A stretch of DNA of 64,000 bases, taken from assembly GCA_965212015.1 (NCBI GenBank), contig OZ243037.1, positions 1,280,001-1,344,000 on the forward strand, written 5' to 3'. Origin of the DNA: Cenarchaeum sp. GTDB taxonomy: Archaea; Thermoproteota; Nitrososphaeria; Nitrososphaerales; Nitrosopumilaceae. This document shows positions 9,990-19,096 of this stretch, in pieces (the first letter of the stretch is position 1; each line of letters opens with the position of its first letter). A program made the translations under genes and the position numbers. Under the pieces are notes generated by a model. It was not told the origin of the DNA, ran no database searches, and was given only the letters and a program-made list of their open reading frames with translations.

Positions 9990-10011
9990 TTATGTCATAT
10001 ATATGACATAA
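9990..10011. promoter_or_regulatory. Perfect 22-bp palindrome, candidate operator of hsp20-cdc48
   Basis: TTATGTCATAT-ATATGACATAA, next to TATA-like TTATAT; extra half-sites at 9934, 9954, 10023. Confidence 0.65.
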
Positions 10012-10029
10012 GATAGGTGAATATGACAA

Positions 10030-10515
10030 ATGTTCTTCGATGACGAAATCGACAGGTTTTTCAGAAAATCGCCCAGCTCATTTTTTAATCTGGGCGGTCT
10101 TTTCGAGGAGGCCAGACATGCAGACGACGACTCGCTGTGCTACGGGTATACCATAACCGTCGGTTCTGACGGCAAGCCGGCAGTACGCGAGTACGGCAAC
10201 ATAAAACCGCAACAGCTAGCATCCCAGAACAGGCAGCCCCTAGTCGACACGATTGTCGACAAGCAGGCCAAGTCCGTAAAACTGGTAGCAGAGATGCCCG
10301 GAGTAGAGAAAAATGACGTCAAAATCATTGTAGACGGGCAGACTGTGAGCATTGCAGCAGAACGCGGCGAAAAAAAATACCAGGCCAGAGTTCCGCTAAA
10401 GCAGCCAATCCGCGAGGATTCCGCAAGGGCAAGCTACAAAAACGGAATTTTGGAGCTGGTATTTGATCTGGCCGAGCCTGAAAAACCAAAAGGAAAAACA
10501 GTGGAGGTCAAATAA
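10030..10515 (+). CDS. hsp20: Small heat shock protein Hsp20
   Basis: Alpha-crystallin motifs AEMPGV, ASYKNGILE; GGTGA SD upstream. Confidence 0.92.
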   Translation: MFFDDEIDRFFRKSPSSFFNLGGLFEEARHADDDSLCYGYTITVGSDGKPAVREYGNIKPQQLASQNRQPLVDTIVDKQAKSVKLVAEMPGVEKNDVKIIVDGQTVSIAAERGEKKYQARVPLKQPIREDSARASYKNGILELVFDLAEPEKPKGKTVEVK

Positions 10516-10541
10516 CCTCCCTTTTTTTATGGTGATAAAAA

Positions 10542-12674
10542 ATGATAGAGCTAAAAATACAAGAAATTCCACAGCAGCACGTCGGCACGGGAAGGGCAAT
10601 AGTTGATCCCGAGATTATCGACTCTGCAAAGTGGGGGACCGGGCAGATTCTAGAGCTTACATATAACAAAAAAACCCACGCCAAGCTCTGGCCGGGATCC
10701 CCGGAGGAACACGGTTCCGGAATAATCAGGATTGACGGCCTGACGCGGCAGAACATGGGCGCGGGAATCGGCGACAAGATACAGGTAAAGGCGGTGGAAT
10801 CCGCCCCGGCCCAGCAGATCGTCTTGTCCCCCACCGAAAAGATCCATGCAGACGGACTGCAGGAATACATGGCGAGCAATTTTCTAAACCACGTCTTTAC
10901 CACCGGCGATGCCGTCACGCTTGGAACACAGATGGGCGGCAAGGTGCAGTTTATCATAACGGGAACAAAGCCGGCAAAGCCCGTCATTGTGACAGAACAG
11001 ACCGCCTTTAAGCTCGGCTCGATGACGAAAACGGTGGATGTGTCGCGCCCCAGAGTCACATACGATGATCTAGGCGGGCTTGGAGACGAGGTGCAAAAAA
11101 TCCGTGAAATGGTAGAGCTTCCCATGAGACACCCGGAGCTATTCGAAAAGATCGGCGTGGACGCGCCCAGAGGCGTGCTTTTGTACGGTCCCCCCGGCAC
11201 GGGAAAGACCCTGCTTGCAAAGGCGGTGGCCGGGGAGACCAACGCCAGTTTTACCTATCTTAGCGGCCCCGAGATAATGGGAAAATACTATGGCGAAAGC
11301 GAGCAAAGGATACGCGAAATCTTTAGGCAGGCCGAGGAGAACGCGCCTAGCATCGTCTTTATAGACGAGATTGACTCCATAGCGCCAAAACGCGACGAGG
11401 TCTCCGGCGAGGTAGAAAAAAGAATCGTCTCGCAGCTGCTCACACTGATGGACGGAATGAAAAACCGCGGCAAGGTAATAGTCATCGCCGCAACCAACAG
11501 GCCGGATTCCATCGATCCGGCGCTGCGAAGACCAGGCAGGTTTGACAGGGAGATAGAGATCGGAATTCCAAACCAGGGCGGCAGGGAGCAGATACTTGGC
11601 ATCCATACCAGGGGGATGCCGCTAGAGGGCAGGGTGGATCTCGGACAGATCTCAAGGATCACCCACGGGTTTGTGGGGGCGGATCTTGAAATCCTTGCAA
11701 AGGAGGCCGCCATGAGATCCCTTCGGAGAATCCTGCCGCAAATTGATCTTGACCAGGACAAGATCTCATCGGACATACTGCAAAAAATCAAGATCACAGA
11801 AAGGGACTTTCAAGACGCCCTAAAAGAGATCGGCCCGTCTGCACTGCGCGAGGTCCTAGTCCAGACCCCCAACGTCAGCTGGGATGACGTCGGCGGGCTA
11901 GACTCGCTCAAAGAGGAGCTCCGCGAGGCAATAGAGTGGCCGCTCAAATACGGGGAGGCAATCAATCATGTTGACGCCGTGGCCCCGAAGGGAATACTGC
12001 TTTACGGGCCACCGGGCACGGGAAAGACCCTCATCGCAAAGGCCGTCGCAAAGATGACCGAATCCAACTTTATCAGCATCAAGGGGCCCGAGCTGTTATC
12101 AAAATGGGTCGGTGAATCCGAAAAGGGCGTCAGGGAAATCTTTAGAAAGGCCAGGCAGGCCGCCCCGTGCATAATCTTCTTTGACGAGATAGACTCGCTC
12201 GTGCCGCAAAGAAGCGGCGCCTCAAGCTCGCACGCATCAGAGAACATGGTGTCCCAAATACTGACAGAGATTGACGGTCTGGAGGAGCTGCACAACGTGC
12301 TTGTCATTGGCGCCACAAACAGGCCCGACATAATTGATCCCGCACTGCTGCGGCCGGGCAGGTTCGACAGAATAATCGAGGTTCCAAAACCCGATGAAAA
12401 AGGCAGGCAGAACATCCTTGGGATACACACCAGAAAAAAGCCCCTGGCAACAGACGTGGACTTTGGAAAGCTAGTTGATCTCACCGCCGGAATGACGGGT
12501 GCCGAGATTGCATCGTCAGTCAACCGCGCCGCCGTTGCGGCCCTCAGGCGGTACGTGGGAAATCCTTCGCAAAGTATTAAAGATATCCGGATAAACCAAA
12601 GCGATTTGACTAATTCCATCGACAAAACGGTACGCATACCGCACAAAGTCGAGGAACCGCCAAAGCTGGAATGA
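10542..12674 (+). CDS. cdc48: CDC48/VAT-family AAA ATPase
   Basis: N-domain plus two AAA modules GPPGTGKT, DEID, RPGRFDR; GGTGAT SD. Confidence 0.96.
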   Translation: MIELKIQEIPQQHVGTGRAIVDPEIIDSAKWGTGQILELTYNKKTHAKLWPGSPEEHGSGIIRIDGLTRQNMGAGIGDKIQVKAVESAPAQQIVLSPTEKIHADGLQEYMASNFLNHVFTTGDAVTLGTQMGGKVQFIITGTKPAKPVIVTEQTAFKLGSMTKTVDVSRPRVTYDDLGGLGDEVQKIREMVELPMRHPELFEKIGVDAPRGVLLYGPPGTGKTLLAKAVAGETNASFTYLSGPEIMGKYYGESEQRIREIFRQAEENAPSIVFIDEIDSIAPKRDEVSGEVEKRIVSQLLTLMDGMKNRGKVIVIAATNRPDSIDPALRRPGRFDREIEIGIPNQGGREQILGIHTRGMPLEGRVDLGQISRITHGFVGADLEILAKEAAMRSLRRILPQIDLDQDKISSDILQKIKITERDFQDALKEIGPSALREVLVQTPNVSWDDVGGLDSLKEELREAIEWPLKYGEAINHVDAVAPKGILLYGPPGTGKTLIAKAVAKMTESNFISIKGPELLSKWVGESEKGVREIFRKARQAAPCIIFFDEIDSLVPQRSGASSSHASENMVSQILTEIDGLEELHNVLVIGATNRPDIIDPALLRPGRFDRIIEVPKPDEKGRQNILGIHTRKKPLATDVDFGKLVDLTAGMTGAEIASSVNRAAVAALRRYVGNPSQSIKDIRINQSDLTNSIDKTVRIPHKVEEPPKLE

Positions 12675-12680
12675 CATTCC

Positions 12681-12899
12681 GTGCAGCTGTTTCTTGACTT
12701 TAAGCCGTGCAACGATTGCAAGGAGATGATGTCCAATCTTGCCAGCCCCGGGACTGTTTTCGGGGACGAAAAGGCGAGAATTGACGAATCCGCAAAATTC
12801 CTCAGGCACCTGACATACAACCACACCGAGGTGATTCAGGCCGTGATGCAGGAGCTTCCAAAAACGAAGCAAAAAGAGGAGTTTGATTTTTTCAAATAA
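12681..12899 (+). CDS. Small hypothetical protein (CxxC)
   Basis: Starts 6 bp after cdc48; stop overlaps next ATG. Confidence 0.65.
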   Translation: MQLFLDFKPCNDCKEMMSNLASPGTVFGDEKARIDESAKFLRHLTYNHTEVIQAVMQELPKTKQKEEFDFFK

Positions 12900-13087
12900 T
12901 GAGCCAGATCTGTAAGGGCGTATGCGGCCGGACAAAGGCCGCACCAATGCACTGGGACTGCAGGTACCGGCTGGGACAAAAAAGATGCTCCCTGTGCAAC
13001 GTCTTTTTTGCCACTACGGGGGTTCGGTGCCCGTGCTGTAGCACAAAGCTCCGCTCAAAGCCCAGAAGCCGAAAGCACGAATTCTGA
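12899..13087 (+). CDS. Small Cys-rich zinc-finger protein
   Basis: CKGVC, CSLC, CPCC, LRSKPR. Confidence 0.7.
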   Translation: MSQICKGVCGRTKAAPMHWDCRYRLGQKRCSLCNVFFATTGVRCPCCSTKLRSKPRSRKHEF

Positions 13088-13307
13088 ACCTGCCCGCCGG
13101 CGGCAACTGCCCCGGCTGCAGTCACCTATATCGCTGCCAGTGACAGTCACAGTTGCATGCCTTTTGGCACCTCATCCTCTTGCAATCCGAGCAGGTCTTT
13201 CCCCTCCAAAACGGCGCGGTATTCATGATACTATATGGGCACCGAATCTAATACAGGTTGCGATACGCAGTGCCATCAAACTAATGCCGGATGACGCCAG
13301 ATGCGGC

Positions 13308-14219
13308 CTAGCACCCGAGTCCTTTTTTAAGAAAGGCTATCCTGGTTCTCACCGTCACATCGCTGACACCGGCCTCTTTTGCAAGCTTTTTCTGGCTGAC
13401 ACTCTCGGAGTTTGCGATCGATGCGATGTACAGTGACGCGGCGGCCTGCGAGATCGGGTTCTTGCCCGCCGTAATGCCGCTCCTTGCGGCCTCTTGAAGA
13501 ATTTTGACTGCGTCGCGCTTTGTCTTTTCCTTCAGGCCCAAATTATTTGCAATCTTTGTGATAAACGGCTCTATGTCATACTGGTCCAGGCTCAAGTCCA
13601 GCCGCCTGATGAGGGTGCGAAGATCACGGGTAAGCACCCTTCTTTCGATGTTTGCCGCCCCTGCGACATCGCTGAGCGTCCTTGGTGTGTTTGATTCCCT
13701 GCAGGACGCATAAAGCGACGCGGCGATCAACGAGGCAGTAGTCCTTCCGCGCGTAAGCCTTGCAGACACGGCCTTTCGATAGATGTACGCCGCATTTTCC
13801 GCAACGGAATCGGGCACCGACAGCTTGGTCTTTACGGCGTTTAGCAGTATCAATGCCTTGCCTAGGCCCGAAACTGTCCGGGATTTGCTTCTTTGATCCC
13901 ACATGCGCAGCCTGTTAAAGGCATGCCTGGTCTTGCTTGGAATTGCGCGGCCCGTCGCATCCGCATCCCTTCCAATCACGGTGGATAACCCCATGTCGTG
14001 CATCATCAGAGAGCTGCCCGGGCCCGTCCTGCCCTGGCTTGCCGGCCTGTCCTGCACGTATGCGTGATCGTGCGAGACATCCTCCATCTTTTGCAGCAGG
14101 ACAAGACCGCACCCGCCGCACAGGATCTCGCCCCTCTCCGAATCTGTAATTGTGGGATATGTCCTGCAAGCCTCCAAATCACACCTTGCATCATATTCGC
14201 CGGCATAGCCGTCTGCCAT
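13308..14219 (-). CDS. tfb: Transcription factor B paralog
   Basis: Zn ribbon GEILCGGCGLV, HDMGLST, two cyclin repeats. Confidence 0.92.
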   Translation of the reverse strand: MADGYAGEYDARCDLEACRTYPTITDSERGEILCGGCGLVLLQKMEDVSHDHAYVQDRPASQGRTGPGSSLMMHDMGLSTVIGRDADATGRAIPSKTRHAFNRLRMWDQRSKSRTVSGLGKALILLNAVKTKLSVPDSVAENAAYIYRKAVSARLTRGRTTASLIAASLYASCRESNTPRTLSDVAGAANIERRVLTRDLRTLIRRLDLSLDQYDIEPFITKIANNLGLKEKTKRDAVKILQEAARSGITAGKNPISQAAASLYIASIANSESVSQKKLAKEAGVSDVTVRTRIAFLKKGLGC

Positions 14220-14305
14220 CGCCTCCCTTACGGCTCTTGCAAATAAAAGGATAGGGTAGGCGGCAAATTTGGATAAAAAACACAGCAGCCCCGCAAAAAC
14301 AGGAT

Positions 14306-14500
14306 CTAACTGCTGACTATAGATTCCCTCGAGTGCCCCTTGTTTATGATCATCTGGATTACAAACTCTGAGGAATATTCAATCCCGTGCTCTGACTCAA
14401 AATGCTCCCTGAGCTTTTCTAGAGTTGTAAGGTTCTTTTGCCCCTCCAGAATGAAATCACACTCAAAACCGTAATCCCGGCATTCTAGCTTTAATGTCAT
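14306..14500 (-). CDS. DUF1059-like small metal-binding protein
   Basis: CRDYGFECDF...HFESEHG. Confidence 0.75.
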   Translation of the reverse strand: MTLKLECRDYGFECDFILEGQKNLTTLEKLREHFESEHGIEYSSEFVIQMIINKGHSRESIVSS

Positions 14501-14686
14501 GTTACATGAACCAAAAACCTAGATTATAAAAACCAAACATTGGGTGCTGATATTCGCTAATCCGGCGCCAGACGGCCGCCTGCGGGAGGAGGCCCCTCCG
14601 GGGGGGCGATCCGGCCCCGGACGCCCCGCATTTTGGGAAACTAAAAGTACAGGCTAGGCACACCTGATTTCTGTGGCTATTTCTTG

Positions 14687-15847
14687 ATGGAGAACAATTA
14701 TGATATCCTGGGCATACGCGAGGGCTCTACAAAAAAGGAGATCCAAGACGCGTTTAGAAAGCTGGTACTCTTGCACCATTCGGACAGGGGGGGAAACATT
14801 GAGCAGTTCAAAAAAATCAAGCAGGCATACGAGGATCTCAAGCAGGGAAAGAAATATCCAGATTCCCCGGAACAAAAAAAGCAGGACTCTAGGGTCTATT
14901 CTGGCGACGACGAGGAGGAGACTAGGAGGAGAAACAAAATCCTGGCCGGCGAGCTGCACAAGGAGATGGCCATGGCGCAGGAATGGGCGGCTGCGCACAA
15001 CAGGGCAAAAACGACCGGCTCGCGCCTTTTTGGATCCAAGACGCTCGGGGAGATGGAATTTGAGAGAAAGGCAAACGGCGCGCTTTCGATAAAGGGAAAC
15101 ATCATGGCGGGCAATCTTTCATACGACGGGCCAGTCATGATGCAGGGAAACATTACGAGTCCCTCGTTTGGCGACTGTACAAACATCACACTGACACGCG
15201 GGGATTTCAAGTTCGTAAACCCCGTGGAAAACAAATACAGGATAGAAAACGGCTCTAGAATAACCGCACTGAACGGGAACATCGTGGTGGGAAACGTCTT
15301 TGGCAAGAAGAACAAGATTCAGGATCCCAGCGGAAAGACGGGCCTGTATGTGACAGTGGAGCACCGCACACATCTTTACGCCCCGCTAGGAAAGATAATA
15401 GTGGAAAACGTCGCAAACACCGTCAATCTGGACTGCGATACGGTCATCTCCCTGAACCTGGAAGACGACGTCCGAATCAAGGCAAAAGACATCATGATCT
15501 ATGGAAACAAGGTCACATACGACGTCGAATTCGCCCTCAAGAGGGGCGGAATCCTGAGGTTTTTTGAGAAAAACTCGGTACTGAGCTTGAGCGACGACGC
15601 AATCGTAATGCTGGAGAACGGAAAGATATTCCTGCTGCACGATCTAAAGACGAAAAAAATACGCAGCCTTGCGCCGGGGCTTGTTCCCCCCAACCTGAAC
15701 TATGACAAAGACGACACCATGGTGGGCAGGGGGTTTCCGATCACGTACGAGATGCTTGATAACTTTGACGGGCCGGCAAGGGCCGCCGGGCAGGACTGGC
15801 AGTCCAGACTGAGCTTTTGGAAAACGCCTACAGAGTCCTCTGGATGA
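14687..15847 (+). CDS. J-domain-like protein with beta-rich C-terminus
   Basis: YDILGI..EIQDAFRKL..HHSDRGG..FKKIKQAYE. Confidence 0.85.
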   Translation: MENNYDILGIREGSTKKEIQDAFRKLVLLHHSDRGGNIEQFKKIKQAYEDLKQGKKYPDSPEQKKQDSRVYSGDDEEETRRRNKILAGELHKEMAMAQEWAAAHNRAKTTGSRLFGSKTLGEMEFERKANGALSIKGNIMAGNLSYDGPVMMQGNITSPSFGDCTNITLTRGDFKFVNPVENKYRIENGSRITALNGNIVVGNVFGKKNKIQDPSGKTGLYVTVEHRTHLYAPLGKIIVENVANTVNLDCDTVISLNLEDDVRIKAKDIMIYGNKVTYDVEFALKRGGILRFFEKNSVLSLSDDAIVMLENGKIFLLHDLKTKKIRSLAPGLVPPNLNYDKDDTMVGRGFPITYEMLDNFDGPARAAGQDWQSRLSFWKTPTESSG

Positions 15848-15880
15848 ATTTTAAAAAGAAATTGAAATGATTGAATCCAA

Positions 15881-16180
15881 CTAGTCTATTAGTTCGGTCC
15901 AACCTTTTACGAAGACTGAGTTCTTGTAAAGTGGAACTGGTTGTCCAACAGTAAAGTCCATCGGTCTCATCCAAAAGATTGCCTTCGTCGGGCACACGCC
16001 AATGCATGCGCCGTCTGAGATGCATCTTTCCGGATAAAAGACAAATGCCTTGCCTCTCTTCCAGCCTTCTACTGGTTTTACTCTTAGCACATCAGGTCCC
16101 AGCGTGGTGCATATTTCGACGCATAGCGCGCATCCAATGCACATCTGTTCGCTGATGTCTGGTAAAATTGCTACTGGCAT
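15881..16180 (-). CDS. Dicluster ferredoxin
   Basis: CIGCALCVEIC and CISDGACIGVCP. Confidence 0.92.
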   Translation of the reverse strand: MPVAILPDISEQMCIGCALCVEICTTLGPDVLRVKPVEGWKRGKAFVFYPERCISDGACIGVCPTKAIFWMRPMDFTVGQPVPLYKNSVFVKGWTELID

Positions 16181-16292
16181 TACAATGCACTTTTGTTTTT
16201 GGATCTTAATATAACTTGCTCAAAACCCCCCAATTATAACGCCGTTTGCGCGGATTATGGGGCGCTTTGGAAAACTGATCGCCGCACCGGAC

Positions 16293-16892
16293 TCAGCACC
16301 CAAAGGCGATCGAGTCTGTGACGCGGTTCTGCCCGTCACAGACATCCACCGATGCCGTCCCCCCCACGCGCCTGATGTGCATGACTGTCATCGGCTCTGA
16401 GACGATCACCTGTCTTCCCGTCGGGGAGAGGACCCACCTGTTCTTTTCGTTAATCCTTGCAATGCTTGCCAGTATTATGCGCGAATCCGTATGCTGAGCG
16501 GCAAGGACAAGCAGCATTATGTACGAGTTTATCAGGCGCCCCGAGTCCCTCTCATCAAAGACATTGTAAAACCCGTTTAACGAATCAATTATCACGACGG
16601 ATCTGCCGTCGGCAATCTTTTCGAGTACGGCCTTTAGCGTGCCCTGGAGTTCGGGCCCGGCGGGCCTGTACACGCGGAGGTTTTTCCTTTTTTGCAGCAT
16701 GCCTGATGCGACGAGCCCGCTGTACAGCAAATCAAAGTCAAGATAGTGCACCGGCACATCTGCCACCCCGATGACACAGTCCAGAAAGGAGGCCTTGAGA
16801 AGAGGCTCGGAGCACAATACGGAGCTAAAACTCTCCCGCCCCAGAACCGCCCTGATTCTTGATGCAAAATCCCCGTCAAGATTTTTATCCAA
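16293..16892 (-). CDS. RecA/RadB-fold hypothetical protein lacking Walker A
   Basis: YLDFD and VIIDSLN Walker-B-like motifs; start uncertain. Confidence 0.6.
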   Translation of the reverse strand: MDKNLDGDFASRIRAVLGRESFSSVLCSEPLLKASFLDCVIGVADVPVHYLDFDLLYSGLVASGMLQKRKNLRVYRPAGPELQGTLKAVLEKIADGRSVVIIDSLNGFYNVFDERDSGRLINSYIMLLVLAAQHTDSRIILASIARINEKNRWVLSPTGRQVIVSEPMTVMHIRRVGGTASVDVCDGQNRVTDSIAFGC

Positions 16893-16921
16893 CGATACGC
16901 CAACCACATTCTGATATAATA

Positions 16922-18073
16922 ATGAACACGGACGGGGACGTTGCAGACGACTTTCCCAACGGCGGAAAAATCTATCTAAACAACGCATCAGTATCGCTGA
17001 CCCCCACGGACACCATCAGGGCCATGACTGACTTTCTAGTGTCGTACAGCAAGATGGGTCCGGACTCGATTGACTCAGAAACGTTTGTCACGCAGAGCCT
17101 CCAAAAAACACGGCAGGTCATCTCGAGGATCATAAAGTGCCGGCCGGAGGAAGTCGTCCTGACACAGAGTACCACGGACGGAATAAACGCCGTATCGCGC
17201 GGGCTTTCCTTCGGGCCCGGCTCCAACATTGTAATCAGGGGCATGGGACACGAACACCACGCAAACTATTATCCGTGGCTCAGGCTTGCAGACAGGGTCA
17301 GGATTGCCAGCCTGCAAATCGACCATAACGGATGCTTTGAGATCTCCCAGCTCGAAGAGCTGCTTGATGCAAAGACGGGCCTGGTTGCACTGAGCCATGC
17401 GCTGTACAACACCGGGGCAATCATTCCGGTAGAGGAGATAGGAAAGATGCTGCAAGAAAAAAACATTCCATATTTTTTGGATGCGGCGCAGACGGTGGGG
17501 TGCATCGGCGATTTTGACGTGGGCGCCACAGGATGCAACTTTATGTCCTTTAACGGCTCGAAATGGCTCTGCGGCCCGATGGGAACGGGGGTGTTTTACT
17601 GCAGGAGGGATTCGGCGGATCTTCTCGAACCGCTGGCAATCGGAGGCGAGTCCGCCATGCTGTATGACGGCGACAAGCTGGCGTTCAAGGACGCCCCGGC
17701 AAAGTTCCAGGCGGGGTTTAGAAACTATGTCGGAATGGCCGGCCTAGAGTCCTCGGCGGAATACCTGCTCAGGTACGGAATGGACAACATTAGGAGAAAA
17801 ACCGCCGACCTTGCCTGCCAGCTGCGCGAGACGCTGTCTGACGCATCCGGAATCACGCTTTACGGCCCAGAATCCAGGGATGAAAGGACCAGCATTGTCT
17901 CATTTAACGTGCAAGGCCGGGATCCGCAGTACGTGGCAGAAAAGCTAGAGCGGCAGAAAATCATCCTCGCCGTAAGGGAGGCAGGCAAGGAAAAGCTAGT
18001 CAGGGCGTCGCCGCATTTTTTTAACACCGAATCCCAAATCCAGAAAACCGCCGATATCATCCGGCGCCTATAG
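16922..18073 (+). CDS. Class V PLP aminotransferase / cysteine desulfurase-like
   Basis: YLNNAS, STTDG, EHHAN, DAAQ, SKWLCGPMG, RASPHFFN. Confidence 0.9.
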   Translation: MNTDGDVADDFPNGGKIYLNNASVSLTPTDTIRAMTDFLVSYSKMGPDSIDSETFVTQSLQKTRQVISRIIKCRPEEVVLTQSTTDGINAVSRGLSFGPGSNIVIRGMGHEHHANYYPWLRLADRVRIASLQIDHNGCFEISQLEELLDAKTGLVALSHALYNTGAIIPVEEIGKMLQEKNIPYFLDAAQTVGCIGDFDVGATGCNFMSFNGSKWLCGPMGTGVFYCRRDSADLLEPLAIGGESAMLYDGDKLAFKDAPAKFQAGFRNYVGMAGLESSAEYLLRYGMDNIRRKTADLACQLRETLSDASGITLYGPESRDERTSIVSFNVQGRDPQYVAEKLERQKIILAVREAGKEKLVRASPHFFNTESQIQKTADIIRRL

Positions 18074-18328
18074 GCCCTCTTGTTCATCTATTACCATCAT
18101 TGTGAGGGTGGACTGTACCTTTCCGATCCTTCTTATCTTGTTGGTAATCATCGAGCGCAAAACATTAGTGTCCTCCGCGGTCAGTTTCAGCACTATATCA
18201 TACACCCCGTAAACCCCCTGGATCTCGTATTTTATCGCGCCCTCCTCCTTTAGGATTCCCTTTACCTCGGCGATTATCGACTCGTCTGATCCAAGATCCG
18301 AGTTTAACAAAACATAGGCTGTTGCCAC
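18068..18328 (-). CDS. Stand-alone Lrp/AsnC ligand-binding (RAM) domain protein
   Basis: AYVLLN...GVYGVYDIVLK...STLTM; no HTH. Confidence 0.85.
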   Translation of the reverse strand: MATAYVLLNSDLGSDESIIAEVKGILKEEGAIKYEIQGVYGVYDIVLKLTAEDTNVLRSMITNKIRRIGKVQSTLTMMVIDEQEGL

Positions 18329-18463
18329 ATTCCGAATTTCATGGGGAGGGTATTTAATCCTTGATCCTGCGGGTTTTTGCGGATTGCAGCCTGCCTTGCG
18401 GCAGGGCCAGATTCCACACGCGTGGAACGTAAACTGATTAACCGGCAAGCCGTGCCACCCCGT

Positions 18464-19096
18464 ATGGGAATAACCGACCTCACGCTGACAATCTCGGAGA
18501 GACTGCCCGTGTTTCCCGGCTCCCCCGGGCCCCGGTTTATTCCGTGGAACGGACTAGTCCCGGACGGCTATAACCTAGAGATGCTGTTTTTGAGCTCGCA
18601 CACGGGGACGCACATGGACGCCCCGCGCCACTTTATAGACGGGGCGGCCGGGATAGACCAAATCCCCGTAGGCAGGCTGGTGACTGACGCGCTTCTCATA
18701 AAAACCGGCCCCTCCAAGTCCATAACCAAAAAGGACATACTGCGCTTTGAGGCAAAAAACGGGATCCCCGGCGGCTCGACGGTCGTATTCTTTACGGGAT
18801 GGTCAGACAGGCCGTCCCGAAAAAACTATTTCGGGGCCAACCCCGGCCTTTGTGCGGACGCGGCAGAATATCTTGCATCAAAAAAGGTCAACATGGTCGG
18901 AATCGACTCGCCAAGCATAGATCTGGGGACCGATCCGAAATTTCCCGCGCACCGCATCCTGTCCAAAAACAACATACTGATAATTGAAAACCTGGCCAAT
19001 CTGAAAGGGATCAAGTCGCGCAGATTCAGGATGGCCGTCCTGCCGCTAAAACTAAGGAACGCCACAGGCTCGCCGGTGCGGGCAATTGCGCTTTAG
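18464..19096 (+). CDS. Cyclase family (kynurenine formamidase-like) metallohydrolase
   Basis: HTGTHMDAPRH, GIDSPS, IENL, GSPVRA. Confidence 0.9.
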   Translation: MGITDLTLTISERLPVFPGSPGPRFIPWNGLVPDGYNLEMLFLSSHTGTHMDAPRHFIDGAAGIDQIPVGRLVTDALLIKTGPSKSITKKDILRFEAKNGIPGGSTVVFFTGWSDRPSRKNYFGANPGLCADAAEYLASKKVNMVGIDSPSIDLGTDPKFPAHRILSKNNILIIENLANLKGIKSRRFRMAVLPLKLRNATGSPVRAIAL

